Source: Vulcanimicrobiota bacterium (GTDB lineage: Bacteria; Vulcanimicrobiota; Xenobia; Xenobiales; JADMJV01). Taken from it: a DNA stretch of 64,000 nt. The translations under genes were made by a program, and so were the position numbers. Under the pieces are notes generated by a model. That model had not been told where the DNA came from and did not search any database. It was given only the letters and a program-made list of their open reading frames with translations. Where the stretch lies: NCBI GenBank assembly GCA_050250895.1, contig JBFWNU010000001.1:840008-904007 (forward strand). Direction: 5' to 3'. Shown here piece by piece: positions 18,633-27,899 of this stretch (position 1 is its first letter; every line of letters begins with the position of its first letter).

Positions 18633-21133
18633 ACCGCCAACGTCGCCGGCCCCAGTTCAAACTGGCGAGTGGCTCGATGCGCGAGCCGGCCTCGACCGCC
18701 GAAGCGCCGCTCTTCACTGGATAGAAGCAAGTCCCAACTGCCATCGATGCTCACCTCGGCCTTCTTCGACCCGAGGTTGACCAGCAGCAAACAGTGGCCG
18801 CGCCGCAGCGCCAGCACTCCCCGACTTCCGTCCACCCAGAGCGGTTGGGCCGGCACTCGTGCCCGCAAATCGCTGCGCTGGCGACGCAGGCCCAGCATCG
18901 CCTGAAAGTAGACAAAATGTCGCCAGCGTGGCCCGCGGCGGCGTTCCCACCAATCCCAGCCCAGGTCCCAGCTGTGAGGTAGTCCCCAGGAAAAGTAATT
19001 GCTGGCGAGGTTCTCGGTGCCCTGAAAAAAGATGGGAATGCCCGGAGCCAGCAGGCCCAGCCCGCACACCACCCTGGCCAGGGCCAGACTGCGACTATCC
19101 GAGCCGTGGCCCTGGCTGGCCACACCGATAATCCGCTTGGCGTTGCCGACCTCGTCGTGGTTGGACAGCACCGTGATGCTTTGCAGGTAGTCCGAGAAAC
19201 CTTCGGGCTCGGTCAGATGGTCGACGAAACGCTCCAGTGACATCGGTTGGCCCGTCGCCGCTTGCTGTAGCACCGAGGGGCGATGATGGTCATACACCAA
19301 TCGATGCTGGAACTCCGTGTTCCACATGCCGTCAAAGCCGGCGCCGCCCTCACCGTGCCCCCCGGCCGGGGTGGCGATGATGGGGTGCTGAGGGAACTCC
19401 TCAGCATAAGTCAGCGCCTCCGGAAAAAAACGCCGCACGGTCCGGTGCATCCGGCGCAACATCGACCACCCCGCCGAGCCTCCGCCGCTCCGGTTATGGA
19501 TCAGATGGGTAAAATCGAAGCGGATACCGTCGAAACCAAACTCGTGTAACTGGCCCAGGGCGTGATCGATGAAGAACTGGGCCACGGCCTTCTTACTATA
19601 GGCCGGGATGGGTCCCCAGGGGGTGTGCCTGGTGGTGTCTCGCCGGTTCTGGCTGCGGGCCTCGGCGGTAGCCGAGGGGAAGCGTGGCAAAGGCTTGCTC
19701 AGGGCCGGGTCGGGCTCGACCTGGTGCTCCCACTCGAACCAGGAATTGCGCTTGCCGTCGAATTCCCAGAGGTTGTTATGGTCGCCCCCGATGTGATTGT
19801 AGACTACATCGTTGAGGACCTTGATGCCGCGACCGTGGGCGGCATCGATGAAGCGCTTGAGGGCCAGAGCCCCGTCCACCCAGCCGTGCTCGTCGAAATA
19901 GCCGTAGTTCTGGCTGACTCCCAGACTGGCCGTGCCCGTGTAGCCCCAGTCGCGATGCCCTTCGAAGGTGTTGGTCGGCAACAACTCGATGGCGTTGACG
20001 CCCAGTTGCTCGAAATAGTCCAGATGCTCCAGCAGATCGCCCAGATGCGAGGAACGGCGATTTCCAAAGGCGCCCCGCCAGGAGCCAATGTGAAGCTGAT
20101 AGACCACCATTTCTTCGGGACCGAAGCTCGGCTTGGGATGGCACCAGCGAAATTCTTCTCGAGGCGGAACCAAACCCAGGGCCGGCCACAGGTGCAGGTC
20201 GCGCAACTCGGTTCGCCAGCGGTCGTGGTGGGCTCGTCCCTCAGCGTCTACCAAAGCATATTCAAGACCCACCAGGGTCTCGGGGCGAGGCACCAGCACC
20301 GACCAGGTGGGACCTTTCCCGGCCAGTTCGATCCGACCATCGGCCCCCACCCGATCCCGCCAGAAGGCCTCCTGCGCCCGGGCCGCCAGGGCGCGCCCTC
20401 GCCCCGACAAACGCTCCCTGAGCTGGGACGCCGACAGTGCCCGCCCGTGGTGATGATGAAAGCTCAGCCAGACCGGACCGGTGGAGCTGACTGCCTCGAA
20501 ACGCAAGAACCGCTCCATCGGTACCTTGGCATAGCGGTGAACGACCCGTCCGGAGGGCTTCTCGAGGTACACCTCGCACACGCCGCGCTGAGGGCCCTGG
20601 AAAGACCGCGCGTAGGGATCGCTGCGCACCACCCGGTCGCCCTCGGCGGTGACCAGCTCGAAGCCGTAAGCACACCCCTCGAAAACTCGCCCGTCGGCCA
20701 GCCGGGCGAACCAGAACTCCCCTTGCCGCTCGAGCCCGAACCGATTCTGCCGGGGGCCTTCAAAGAACAGCTCGACCGCTTGGGCGTGAGGTGCCCACAG
20801 CCTCACTTCAAGTGCTCTGCCGTGCCAGCAAAGGCCCAGGCTGGTCAGCCCGCTGACCTGATACTGTTGCTGACCCGAAGCCTCGTCCAGCCGAAACGCC
20901 AGGGGTTCTTCCTCGAACAGCATCCAGCCCTGCGGACCGCGCACGCCCCACTGAAAGAGCTGACCGGGCCGGCCCGTCAGCTTGCGACTAGCCCGCCAGC
21001 ACCCGTCCGACCCTCGCTTCATGGAACTTGCCGTCCAGCTCTCTGAAAAACGTCCACGGCGATTCCATGAACCGATCAACTCCAGATCGGCGGTGGGTAG
21101 TCCCCCCGGGTCATAGCAAAAGTCGACCTGCAT
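18608..21133 (-). CDS. GH13 alpha-amylase-family enzyme (branching enzyme/trehalohydrolase-like)
   Basis: LWAPHA (CBM48-like), YQLHIGSW, WGY, DVVYNH, GFDGIRFD, AEE and SNHDE. Confidence 0.85.
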   Translation of the reverse strand: MQVDFCYDPGGLPTADLELIGSWNRRGRFSESWTASSMKRGSDGCWRASRKLTGRPGQLFQWGVRGPQGWMLFEEEPLAFRLDEASGQQQYQVSGLTSLGLCWHGRALEVRLWAPHAQAVELFFEGPRQNRFGLERQGEFWFARLADGRVFEGCAYGFELVTAEGDRVVRSDPYARSFQGPQRGVCEVYLEKPSGRVVHRYAKVPMERFLRFEAVSSTGPVWLSFHHHHGRALSASQLRERLSGRGRALAARAQEAFWRDRVGADGRIELAGKGPTWSVLVPRPETLVGLEYALVDAEGRAHHDRWRTELRDLHLWPALGLVPPREEFRWCHPKPSFGPEEMVVYQLHIGSWRGAFGNRRSSHLGDLLEHLDYFEQLGVNAIELLPTNTFEGHRDWGYTGTASLGVSQNYGYFDEHGWVDGALALKRFIDAAHGRGIKVLNDVVYNHIGGDHNNLWEFDGKRNSWFEWEHQVEPDPALSKPLPRFPSATAEARSQNRRDTTRHTPWGPIPAYSKKAVAQFFIDHALGQLHEFGFDGIRFDFTHLIHNRSGGGSAGWSMLRRMHRTVRRFFPEALTYAEEFPQHPIIATPAGGHGEGGAGFDGMWNTEFQHRLVYDHHRPSVLQQAATGQPMSLERFVDHLTEPEGFSDYLQSITVLSNHDEVGNAKRIIGVASQGHGSDSRSLALARVVCGLGLLAPGIPIFFQGTENLASNYFSWGLPHSWDLGWDWWERRRGPRWRHFVYFQAMLGLRRQRSDLRARVPAQPLWVDGSRGVLALRRGHCLLLVNLGSKKAEVSIDGSWDLLLSSEERRFGGRGRLAHRATRQFELGPATLAVYSRVPST

Positions 21134-21218
21134 ACGAATCTGCCCGGTTCCGGGTCGTGGCGCCAATCCCTCCACACCCTTCGGGGGAACTTTGGCCGCC
21201 CTTTCGAAGCAGCTTGGC

Positions 21219-21677
21219 ATGCGCAAATGTCCGGCCTGCCAGGACACCATCATGCTCGACTATGGCGATGACGAGTCGGCTCTGGTCATCGACTCTTGTC
21301 CGGAGTGTTTCGGACTCTGGTTTGATGGCGAAGAGCTTAGCCGCTTTTTTCAGAGCCCGCGATTGTCCCAGCATATTCTCGAGGAAGACGCGATTCCTGA
21401 CGTGCCTTCACCGAGCAGACCCGCCGAGACGCGAACCTGCCCCCAATGCCAAACCCCCTTGCGGCCTTCGCTGTTGGGCGATGTCAACCTCGACTACTGC
21501 GAGACTTGCCAGGGTATCTGGCTCGATCACGGCGAGCTCAACCGGGTGGTCGAGCTTTACAATTCGGGCCAACGAGGCAATCTGGTGGTGGTCAACCAAC
21601 TGGCCGAAGGGCTGCGGGCCGAGAAGCGGCGCCAGAGCTTTCTCCGGGCAGCCCTCTGGTTGTTCAGCGGAGACTAA
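21219..21677 (+). CDS. Tandem zf-TFIIB-like zinc-ribbon protein
   Basis: Two CPxC...CxxCxGxWxDxxEL repeats. Confidence 0.8.
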   Translation: MRKCPACQDTIMLDYGDDESALVIDSCPECFGLWFDGEELSRFFQSPRLSQHILEEDAIPDVPSPSRPAETRTCPQCQTPLRPSLLGDVNLDYCETCQGIWLDHGELNRVVELYNSGQRGNLVVVNQLAEGLRAEKRRQSFLRAALWLFSGD

Positions 21678-21718
21678 GCCGCGAAGGTTGCCCCCGGGCC
21701 GAGCTAGAATCGTCTCCG

Positions 21719-22861
21719 ATGCGCCCTGTGATCGTCTTACTGGCTCTAGTGCTGCTAGCTACCCCGGTCGGTGGTGAGCCTGCGCCCAACCCCGTCAACG
21801 CCTTCTCGGCCGAACTCTCTGGCCAGTTGCACGCCGGCCAGGATAACCTTGTCTTGTCACCCTATTCCATCGAGTGCGCCATGGCGGCCCTGGGGCTGGG
21901 CACCCGGGGCGAAACCGCTGACGAACTCTGGAAAGCTCTGCATTTAAATCCAGACCATCTAAAAGACTTCGCTCAGACCACGAGCGAGATGGCCGCCCGT
22001 AACAACGGGCCCAAGGCCGAGTGGGTGGTGGCCAACGCCCTCTGGACCTCGCTCCAGGAACCACCTTTGCCGGGCTACGTTGAACAGGTGAAGCAGAACT
22101 TTGGCGCCGAGGTCCGGGCGCTCGACTTTGGCCAGGCCGAACAAGCCAGAAAGACCATCAACAGCTGGGTGAGCCAAGCCACCCGTGAGAAGATCATCGA
22201 CTTATTGCCGACCGGAGCCATCGACGGCTCGGTGCGACTGGTCATCACCAACGCAGTCTACTTTAAAGCCAACTGGAAGAGTCCATTCGACCCGAAACTG
22301 ACCCAGCCTCGGCCCTTTCGCTCGACCCAGGGCCCCCAGGAGGTGCCCACCATGACCCAGCGAGCCACCTTCGAACTGGCCACCGGGCGCGACTTCCAGG
22401 CCCTCATCTTGCCCTACGCCGAGAGCGAAGTGGTGGCTGTGGTCGTCTTGCCGTCGGAGGACGACGGCCTCGACCCGGTGGTCAAGAGCTTCGAGCCCTC
22501 CAGTCTGGGCAACATCTTGCGAACCGGCGAGCCCACTGATTTGAGGGTCTGGCTGCCTCGCTTCACCCTGCGCTCTACCACCAACCTGATACCTGTCTTT
22601 GAGCGGCTTGGGGTAAAACGCATCTTTGGGGGGGGCGACTTGAGCGGTCTGACCGGAAAGCCCGGTCTGTTCGTCAGCCTCATCATCCATCAGGCTTTTG
22701 TCGAAGTGAACGAGGCTGGCACCGAGGCCGCGGCGGCCACGGCGGTGGGAGTTTCTCGCTCGATGCCGACGGAATTCAAGGTCGACCATCCCTTCCTATT
22801 TTTGTTGGTGGATCGCCCTTCGGGCACCATTCTCTTCTCGGGGCAGGTTCGCAAAATCTGA
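21719..22861 (+). CDS. Secreted serpin
   Basis: Signal peptide; NLVLSPYSI, NAVYFKANW, hinge EAGTEAAAAT and FKVDHPFLF. Confidence 0.93.
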   Translation: MRPVIVLLALVLLATPVGGEPAPNPVNAFSAELSGQLHAGQDNLVLSPYSIECAMAALGLGTRGETADELWKALHLNPDHLKDFAQTTSEMAARNNGPKAEWVVANALWTSLQEPPLPGYVEQVKQNFGAEVRALDFGQAEQARKTINSWVSQATREKIIDLLPTGAIDGSVRLVITNAVYFKANWKSPFDPKLTQPRPFRSTQGPQEVPTMTQRATFELATGRDFQALILPYAESEVVAVVVLPSEDDGLDPVVKSFEPSSLGNILRTGEPTDLRVWLPRFTLRSTTNLIPVFERLGVKRIFGGGDLSGLTGKPGLFVSLIIHQAFVEVNEAGTEAAAATAVGVSRSMPTEFKVDHPFLFLLVDRPSGTILFSGQVRKI

Positions 22862-22897
22862 AAAGGATCGTCCTGACCGGATCAGGAACCCCGAGCG

Positions 22898-25120
22898 ATG
22901 ACCCAAGAGACCATCGGAACCTCGGTTCCTCGCAAAGAGGGCTGGAAGAAGCTCACCGGCGAGGCGGTCTACATCGACGACCTTCGCTTTGACGACATGA
23001 TCTATGGCGCCACCATCCGCAGCCGGGTGGCCCGGGGCAAGATCCAGAAAATCGCCTTCACGGGAGACCTCCCCTGGGACGAATTCACGGTGGTGACGGC
23101 CGACGACATACCCGGCCTCAATATCGTCAAGCTGCTGGTCGACGATCAGCCCTTTCTGGCTAAAGATCGCATCAACCACCCCGACGAACCGGTGGTGCTC
23201 ATCGCCCACCCCAACAAGCATCTAGTGGCGCGCGCTCGCGAACACGTCGAGATCGTCGTCGAACAAGAACCCGGTGTGTTCACCATCGAAGACTCGCTGG
23301 CCCAAAAGCATATCATCTGGGGTCAGGACAACATCCTCAAGACCATCGTCATCGAGAAGGGCGAAGTCGCCTCGGTCTGGGACCAGGCCGACATCATCAT
23401 CGAAGGCACTTATACCACCGGTGCATCCGAGCAGCTCTACATCGAAAATAACGGCATGATCGCCACCTTTAACGCCGACGAGGGAGTGACCGTGTGGGGC
23501 TCGATGCAATGCCCCTACTACGTCCATCCGGGGCTGTGCTCGCTCTTTGGCCTGCCCAAGGCCAAGATCCGCGTCATTCAAACCGAGACCGGCGGGGGTT
23601 TCGGAGGCAAGGAAGAGTATCCCACCCTGGTGGCCGGCCACGCCGCTTTGCTGGCGATGAAATCCGGCCGGCCGGTTAAACTGGTCTATGACCGCGAAGA
23701 GGACATGGCTGCGACTACCAAACGCCACCCGTCGCGCACCCACCACAAGACAGCCCTCACCAGGGACGGCAAGCTGTTGGCCATGGAAGTCGACTTTGTG
23801 CTGGATGGGGGCGCTTACGTCACCTTGAGCCCGGTGGTGCTCTCGCGAGGCAGCATCCACGCGGCCGGACCTTATCGGTGCGACCACGTGCGCATTCACG
23901 GGCGAGCGGTAGCCACCAACACTCCCCCCCACGGGGCCTATCGAGGCTTCGGCAACCCTCAGTGCTTCTTCGCGGTCGAGCGCCACATGGACAAGATCGC
24001 CCGCGAACTGGGTCTGGCCCCCGAAGAGTTACGACGTCGCAACTTCCTCAAGGACGGCGACACCACCGCCACCGGCCAGGTGGTTCGCGACGGGGTCGAC
24101 ATGGGTCAGTTGATGGACGAGACGCTGGCCGCCATCGGCTATCATGAGAAGCGCCAGCGCTTCGCCAGAGAAAACACCGGCCCGGTCAAGCGAGGGGTCG
24201 GCATGGCCGCCTTCTTCCACGGCTCGGGCTTCACCGGCGGAGGCGAGAAGAAGCTGGCTTCGGTGGCCGGCATCGAGGGCACGGCCGAAGGCAAGGTGCG
24301 GGTGCTGGCGGCCAGCACCGAGATCGGCCAGGGCACCAACACCATCTTCAGCCAGATCGTGGCCGACACCCTCGAGTTACCCTACGAGATGATCGAAGTG
24401 GCCCAGCCCGACACCGACAACGTCCCTAACAGCGGACCAACGGTGGCCTCGCGCACCTGCATGGTGGTGGGCAAGTTGATCGAAACGGCGGCCATCAGCC
24501 TCAAACAGACCCTGGTTCAAGAGGGCGGCCTGGACGAGGTCTATACGCCCGAGCAATTCGCCGCCGCCTGTCAGGCCTATGTCAAAGCGCACGGCCAACT
24601 GAGGCGCTATTCGCAATACCAGCAGCCGGCCAACATCCGTTGGAGCGACGAGACCTATCAAGGGGACGCCTACGCGGCGTATGGTTGGGCCATCTACGTG
24701 GCCGAAGTCAGCGTCGACACCCGCACCTTCGAGACTCGAGTGGACGACTTCGTGGCCATGCAAGAGATCGGCCGCATCGTCAACCCGATTATGGCCGAAG
24801 GCCAGGTCCAGGGCGGAGTGGCTCAAGGCATCGGCTACGCCCTCTACGAGAACGTCGTCTATCACGACGGTCAGGTCAAGAACAACCAGATGACCAACTA
24901 CATCATGCCGACCGCGGCCGACCTGCCCGTCATCCGCGTAATGTTCCATGAGGTTCCGTATGCCGGTGGCCCAAGAGGGGCCAAAGGGGTCGGAGAATTG
25001 CCCATCGACGGCCCGGCACCGGCCATTCTGAGCGCCGTCGAAAACGCGGTGGGAGTCAGCGTGAACCACATTCCCGCCACCCCCGAAGTCTTGATGAAAG
25101 AGATGGTAGTCCATGTCTGA
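22898..25120 (+). CDS. Xanthine dehydrogenase family molybdopterin-binding subunit
   Basis: GGGFGGKE, AYRGFGNPQ, EIGQG, GQVQGGVAQG and AKGVGE. Confidence 0.92.
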   Translation: MTQETIGTSVPRKEGWKKLTGEAVYIDDLRFDDMIYGATIRSRVARGKIQKIAFTGDLPWDEFTVVTADDIPGLNIVKLLVDDQPFLAKDRINHPDEPVVLIAHPNKHLVARAREHVEIVVEQEPGVFTIEDSLAQKHIIWGQDNILKTIVIEKGEVASVWDQADIIIEGTYTTGASEQLYIENNGMIATFNADEGVTVWGSMQCPYYVHPGLCSLFGLPKAKIRVIQTETGGGFGGKEEYPTLVAGHAALLAMKSGRPVKLVYDREEDMAATTKRHPSRTHHKTALTRDGKLLAMEVDFVLDGGAYVTLSPVVLSRGSIHAAGPYRCDHVRIHGRAVATNTPPHGAYRGFGNPQCFFAVERHMDKIARELGLAPEELRRRNFLKDGDTTATGQVVRDGVDMGQLMDETLAAIGYHEKRQRFARENTGPVKRGVGMAAFFHGSGFTGGGEKKLASVAGIEGTAEGKVRVLAASTEIGQGTNTIFSQIVADTLELPYEMIEVAQPDTDNVPNSGPTVASRTCMVVGKLIETAAISLKQTLVQEGGLDEVYTPEQFAAACQAYVKAHGQLRRYSQYQQPANIRWSDETYQGDAYAAYGWAIYVAEVSVDTRTFETRVDDFVAMQEIGRIVNPIMAEGQVQGGVAQGIGYALYENVVYHDGQVKNNQMTNYIMPTAADLPVIRVMFHEVPYAGGPRGAKGVGELPIDGPAPAILSAVENAVGVSVNHIPATPEVLMKEMVVHV

Positions 25121-25586
25121 GGTCGACAAAGTCAAAGTCCGCTTCGAGGTCAACAATGAGGCCCGCGAAGTCGAGACCTATCCCATGGCGCGGTTGCTCG
25201 ACGTGCTGCGCGAAGAGCTACGCTTGACCGGCGCCAAGGAGGGATGTGGCGAGGGCGAATGCGGTTCTTGCTCGGTGTTGCTGGACGGGCAGGTGGTCAA
25301 CAGCTGTCTGATCCCGATCTTGCAGCTCGAGGGCCGCTCGGTGACCACCATCGAGGCTCTCGGCAAAGACCCGCTCGGGCGTCGTATTCAAGAGTCTTTT
25401 CTTGAAAACAACGGTGCCCAATGCGGCATCTGTACCCCTGGCATGCTGATGGCCAGCTACCATCTGCTCAAGCGCAACCCCAACCCCAGCCTGGAAGAGA
25501 TCAAAGACGGGCTGGCCGGCAACCTGTGCCGCTGCACCGGTTATAAAAAGATCTTCGATTCGGTTGCCGAGGTGGCCAAGCCGTGA
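25113..25586 (+). CDS. Xanthine dehydrogenase family (2Fe-2S) subunit
   Basis: GCGEGECGSC, QCGICTPG and NLCRCTGY. Confidence 0.94.
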   Translation: MSEVDKVKVRFEVNNEAREVETYPMARLLDVLREELRLTGAKEGCGEGECGSCSVLLDGQVVNSCLIPILQLEGRSVTTIEALGKDPLGRRIQESFLENNGAQCGICTPGMLMASYHLLKRNPNPSLEEIKDGLAGNLCRCTGYKKIFDSVAEVAKP

Positions 25587-26440
25587 GAGCCTATGTGCCT
25601 GGATACGAAGTGGTCGCTCCCGAGGGTTTGAGCGAGGTATTGCAGTTGCTGGCCGACCAGCCGGGCATTTATCGGCCCCTGGCCGGCGGCACCGATGTCA
25701 TGGTGCTCTACAACGCAGGCAAGCTAAAGCACACGCGTTACGTGTCGATCGCCGGCCTCAAGGAACTGACCGGCATCGAGGTCGGCCCCGATTCGATCCG
25801 GATCGGAGCGCTGGCAACCTACACCGAGGTGCGTCATCATTCGGTGTTGCGAGAAGAGTTCCCGATGCTTAGCCAGGCGGCCGCCGAGAGCGGGGCTGTG
25901 GCCATTCAGAATCGCGGCACCATCGGGGGCAACATCGCCAACGCCTCGCCGGCGGCCGACACTCCACCGGCCTTGCTGGCTTATGATGCCGAGCTCGAAA
26001 TCGTCTCTAGCGCCGGCTCGCGCCGACTCGCCTATCGGGTCTTTCACACTGGCTACAAGCAGATGCAGCTCGAGCCTCATGAACTGATCGCGGCCGTCCA
26101 CCTGCAGCGCAAACCCGGACGCGGCCACTACTATCGCAAAGTCGGCACCCGCAAAGCCCAGGCCATCTCCAAGGTCTGCCTCGCCGCCAGCCACATCATC
26201 GGCAACGGCCAGGCGACGAATGTCGGTATCGCTATGGGAAGTGTGGCTCCCATCGTGTGTGTCTGCTCGCACACCATGGCTTTGCTCGAGGGCAAGCCTG
26301 TCGGTGCCGGCCTTGAAAACGAGATTCGCGAGGCGGTTCTTCGTGATATCTCGCCCATCGACGACATTCGCTCGACCCGCGACTACCGCCTGACGGTGGC
26401 CGCCAATCTAGCCGTTGACTACTGGAAGAGTCTATCGTGA
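25583..26440 (+). CDS. Xanthine dehydrogenase family FAD-binding subunit
   Basis: AGGTD, IQNRGTIGGNIANASPAAD and PIDDIRST. Confidence 0.92.
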   Translation: MRAYVPGYEVVAPEGLSEVLQLLADQPGIYRPLAGGTDVMVLYNAGKLKHTRYVSIAGLKELTGIEVGPDSIRIGALATYTEVRHHSVLREEFPMLSQAAAESGAVAIQNRGTIGGNIANASPAADTPPALLAYDAELEIVSSAGSRRLAYRVFHTGYKQMQLEPHELIAAVHLQRKPGRGHYYRKVGTRKAQAISKVCLAASHIIGNGQATNVGIAMGSVAPIVCVCSHTMALLEGKPVGAGLENEIREAVLRDISPIDDIRSTRDYRLTVAANLAVDYWKSLS

Positions 26441-27798
26441 AAGGGACCATTATGCAGCCGACTTTGCAGGCCGATCTTCTCGGCCCCATTCTCAGCAGCC
26501 TCGAGACCGCCAACCGGGCTTTTCTGGCCACCTATCCGGGCGATTCGGGCGACCGCCAACCAGTGCATACCGTCTATGGCGGGGCTCAGCTTTTCACCCA
26601 CGACACAGCCGTCAAACTGGGCGAAAAGGCTCGTGCGGCCATGGCCGAATTTGGAGCCGACCCGAGCGTGTTCGTGAGCGCCCTCGAGCCCCATGCTCCC
26701 ATGGACCACGAATTCGCCAAACGCTTACACGAGCGGGTCCAAGACAAGCTCGAAAAGGAGCCGGTAGAAGACTTTCGTATCGACTTTGAAGACGGCTACG
26801 GCAATCGTCCCGACGCCGAAGAAGACGGCCACGCCATCCAGGCCGCCCAGGAAGTCATCAAGGCTCATCGGGCCGGCACCCTGCCCCCCTTTATCGGCAT
26901 TCGCCTCAAGCCATTCAACGACGAACTCAAGGTCCGCAGCATCCGCACGCTCGACCTCTTCCTGAGCACTCTGGTGAAAGAAAGCGGCGGCGAGGTGCCC
27001 CAACCTTTCTACATCACCCTGCCCAAGGTCACGGTGCCCGAGCAGGCCCGCGCTCTGGCCGAGTTGCTCACCCACCTCGAGAAGGCCCTGGGCGTGCCCC
27101 CCAAGACCTTCGAGGTCGAGTTGATGATCGAAACCCCCCAATCAATCTTCAACCAGGATGGCGACGTGCCCCTGTTGCGTATGGTAGCGGCCACCCAGGG
27201 CCGCTGCCGGGGCGCTCACTTTGGCACCTACGACTACACCGCCTATTGCAAGATCACGGCCGCCTATCAAGACATGCTTCACCCAGCCTGCGACTTCGCC
27301 CGCGACGTGATGCAGGTAGCCCTGGCCGGGACCGGAGTCTGGATCTCGGACGGAGCCACCAACATTCTGCCGGTAGCCCCCCATCGAGGCGAGTTGACCC
27401 CGGCCCAAAAAGACGAGAACACGCTCGTGGTGCATGAGGCCTGGCGCCTGCACTATCAACACGTCCAGAGCTCTCTGCGCAAAGCTTACTACCAGGGTTG
27501 GGATCTCCATCCGGCTCAGCTGCCCACCCGCTATGCCGCCATCTATGGCTTTTTCCTCAGAGGTCTCGATGCGGCCGGCGAGCGCCTGCGAAACTTTGTC
27601 AGCAAAGCCGCCCAGGCCACGCTGGTGGGCGATGTCTTCGATGACGCCGCCACCGGCCAGGGGCTACTCAACTTCTTCCTCAAAGCCCTCAACTGTGGCG
27701 CCATTACCGAAGAGGAAGCCCTCGAGTGCACCAGTCTGACCCTCGACGAGCTGCACAGCCGGTCTTTCCTGAAGATCCTCGAAAATCGACGCGGGTGA
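26437..27798 (+). CDS. HpcH/citrate-lyase-like TIM-barrel protein (DUF6986-like)
   Basis: YPGDSGDRQPVHTVYGGA, DFRIDFEDGYG, HFGTYDY and QGWDLHPAQL; start could also be the ATG at 26452. Confidence 0.75.
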   Translation: MKGTIMQPTLQADLLGPILSSLETANRAFLATYPGDSGDRQPVHTVYGGAQLFTHDTAVKLGEKARAAMAEFGADPSVFVSALEPHAPMDHEFAKRLHERVQDKLEKEPVEDFRIDFEDGYGNRPDAEEDGHAIQAAQEVIKAHRAGTLPPFIGIRLKPFNDELKVRSIRTLDLFLSTLVKESGGEVPQPFYITLPKVTVPEQARALAELLTHLEKALGVPPKTFEVELMIETPQSIFNQDGDVPLLRMVAATQGRCRGAHFGTYDYTAYCKITAAYQDMLHPACDFARDVMQVALAGTGVWISDGATNILPVAPHRGELTPAQKDENTLVVHEAWRLHYQHVQSSLRKAYYQGWDLHPAQLPTRYAAIYGFFLRGLDAAGERLRNFVSKAAQATLVGDVFDDAATGQGLLNFFLKALNCGAITEEEALECTSLTLDELHSRSFLKILENRRG

Positions 27799-27899
27799 TC
27801 TCACAGCGCCGCCGGGGCTGGCCCGAGCCCCGCGCCCCAAAACAAGCTAAGAGCCCAAATTGAAGAGGGTATTGCTCTAAACTCAGCAAAGTCGCCGCT

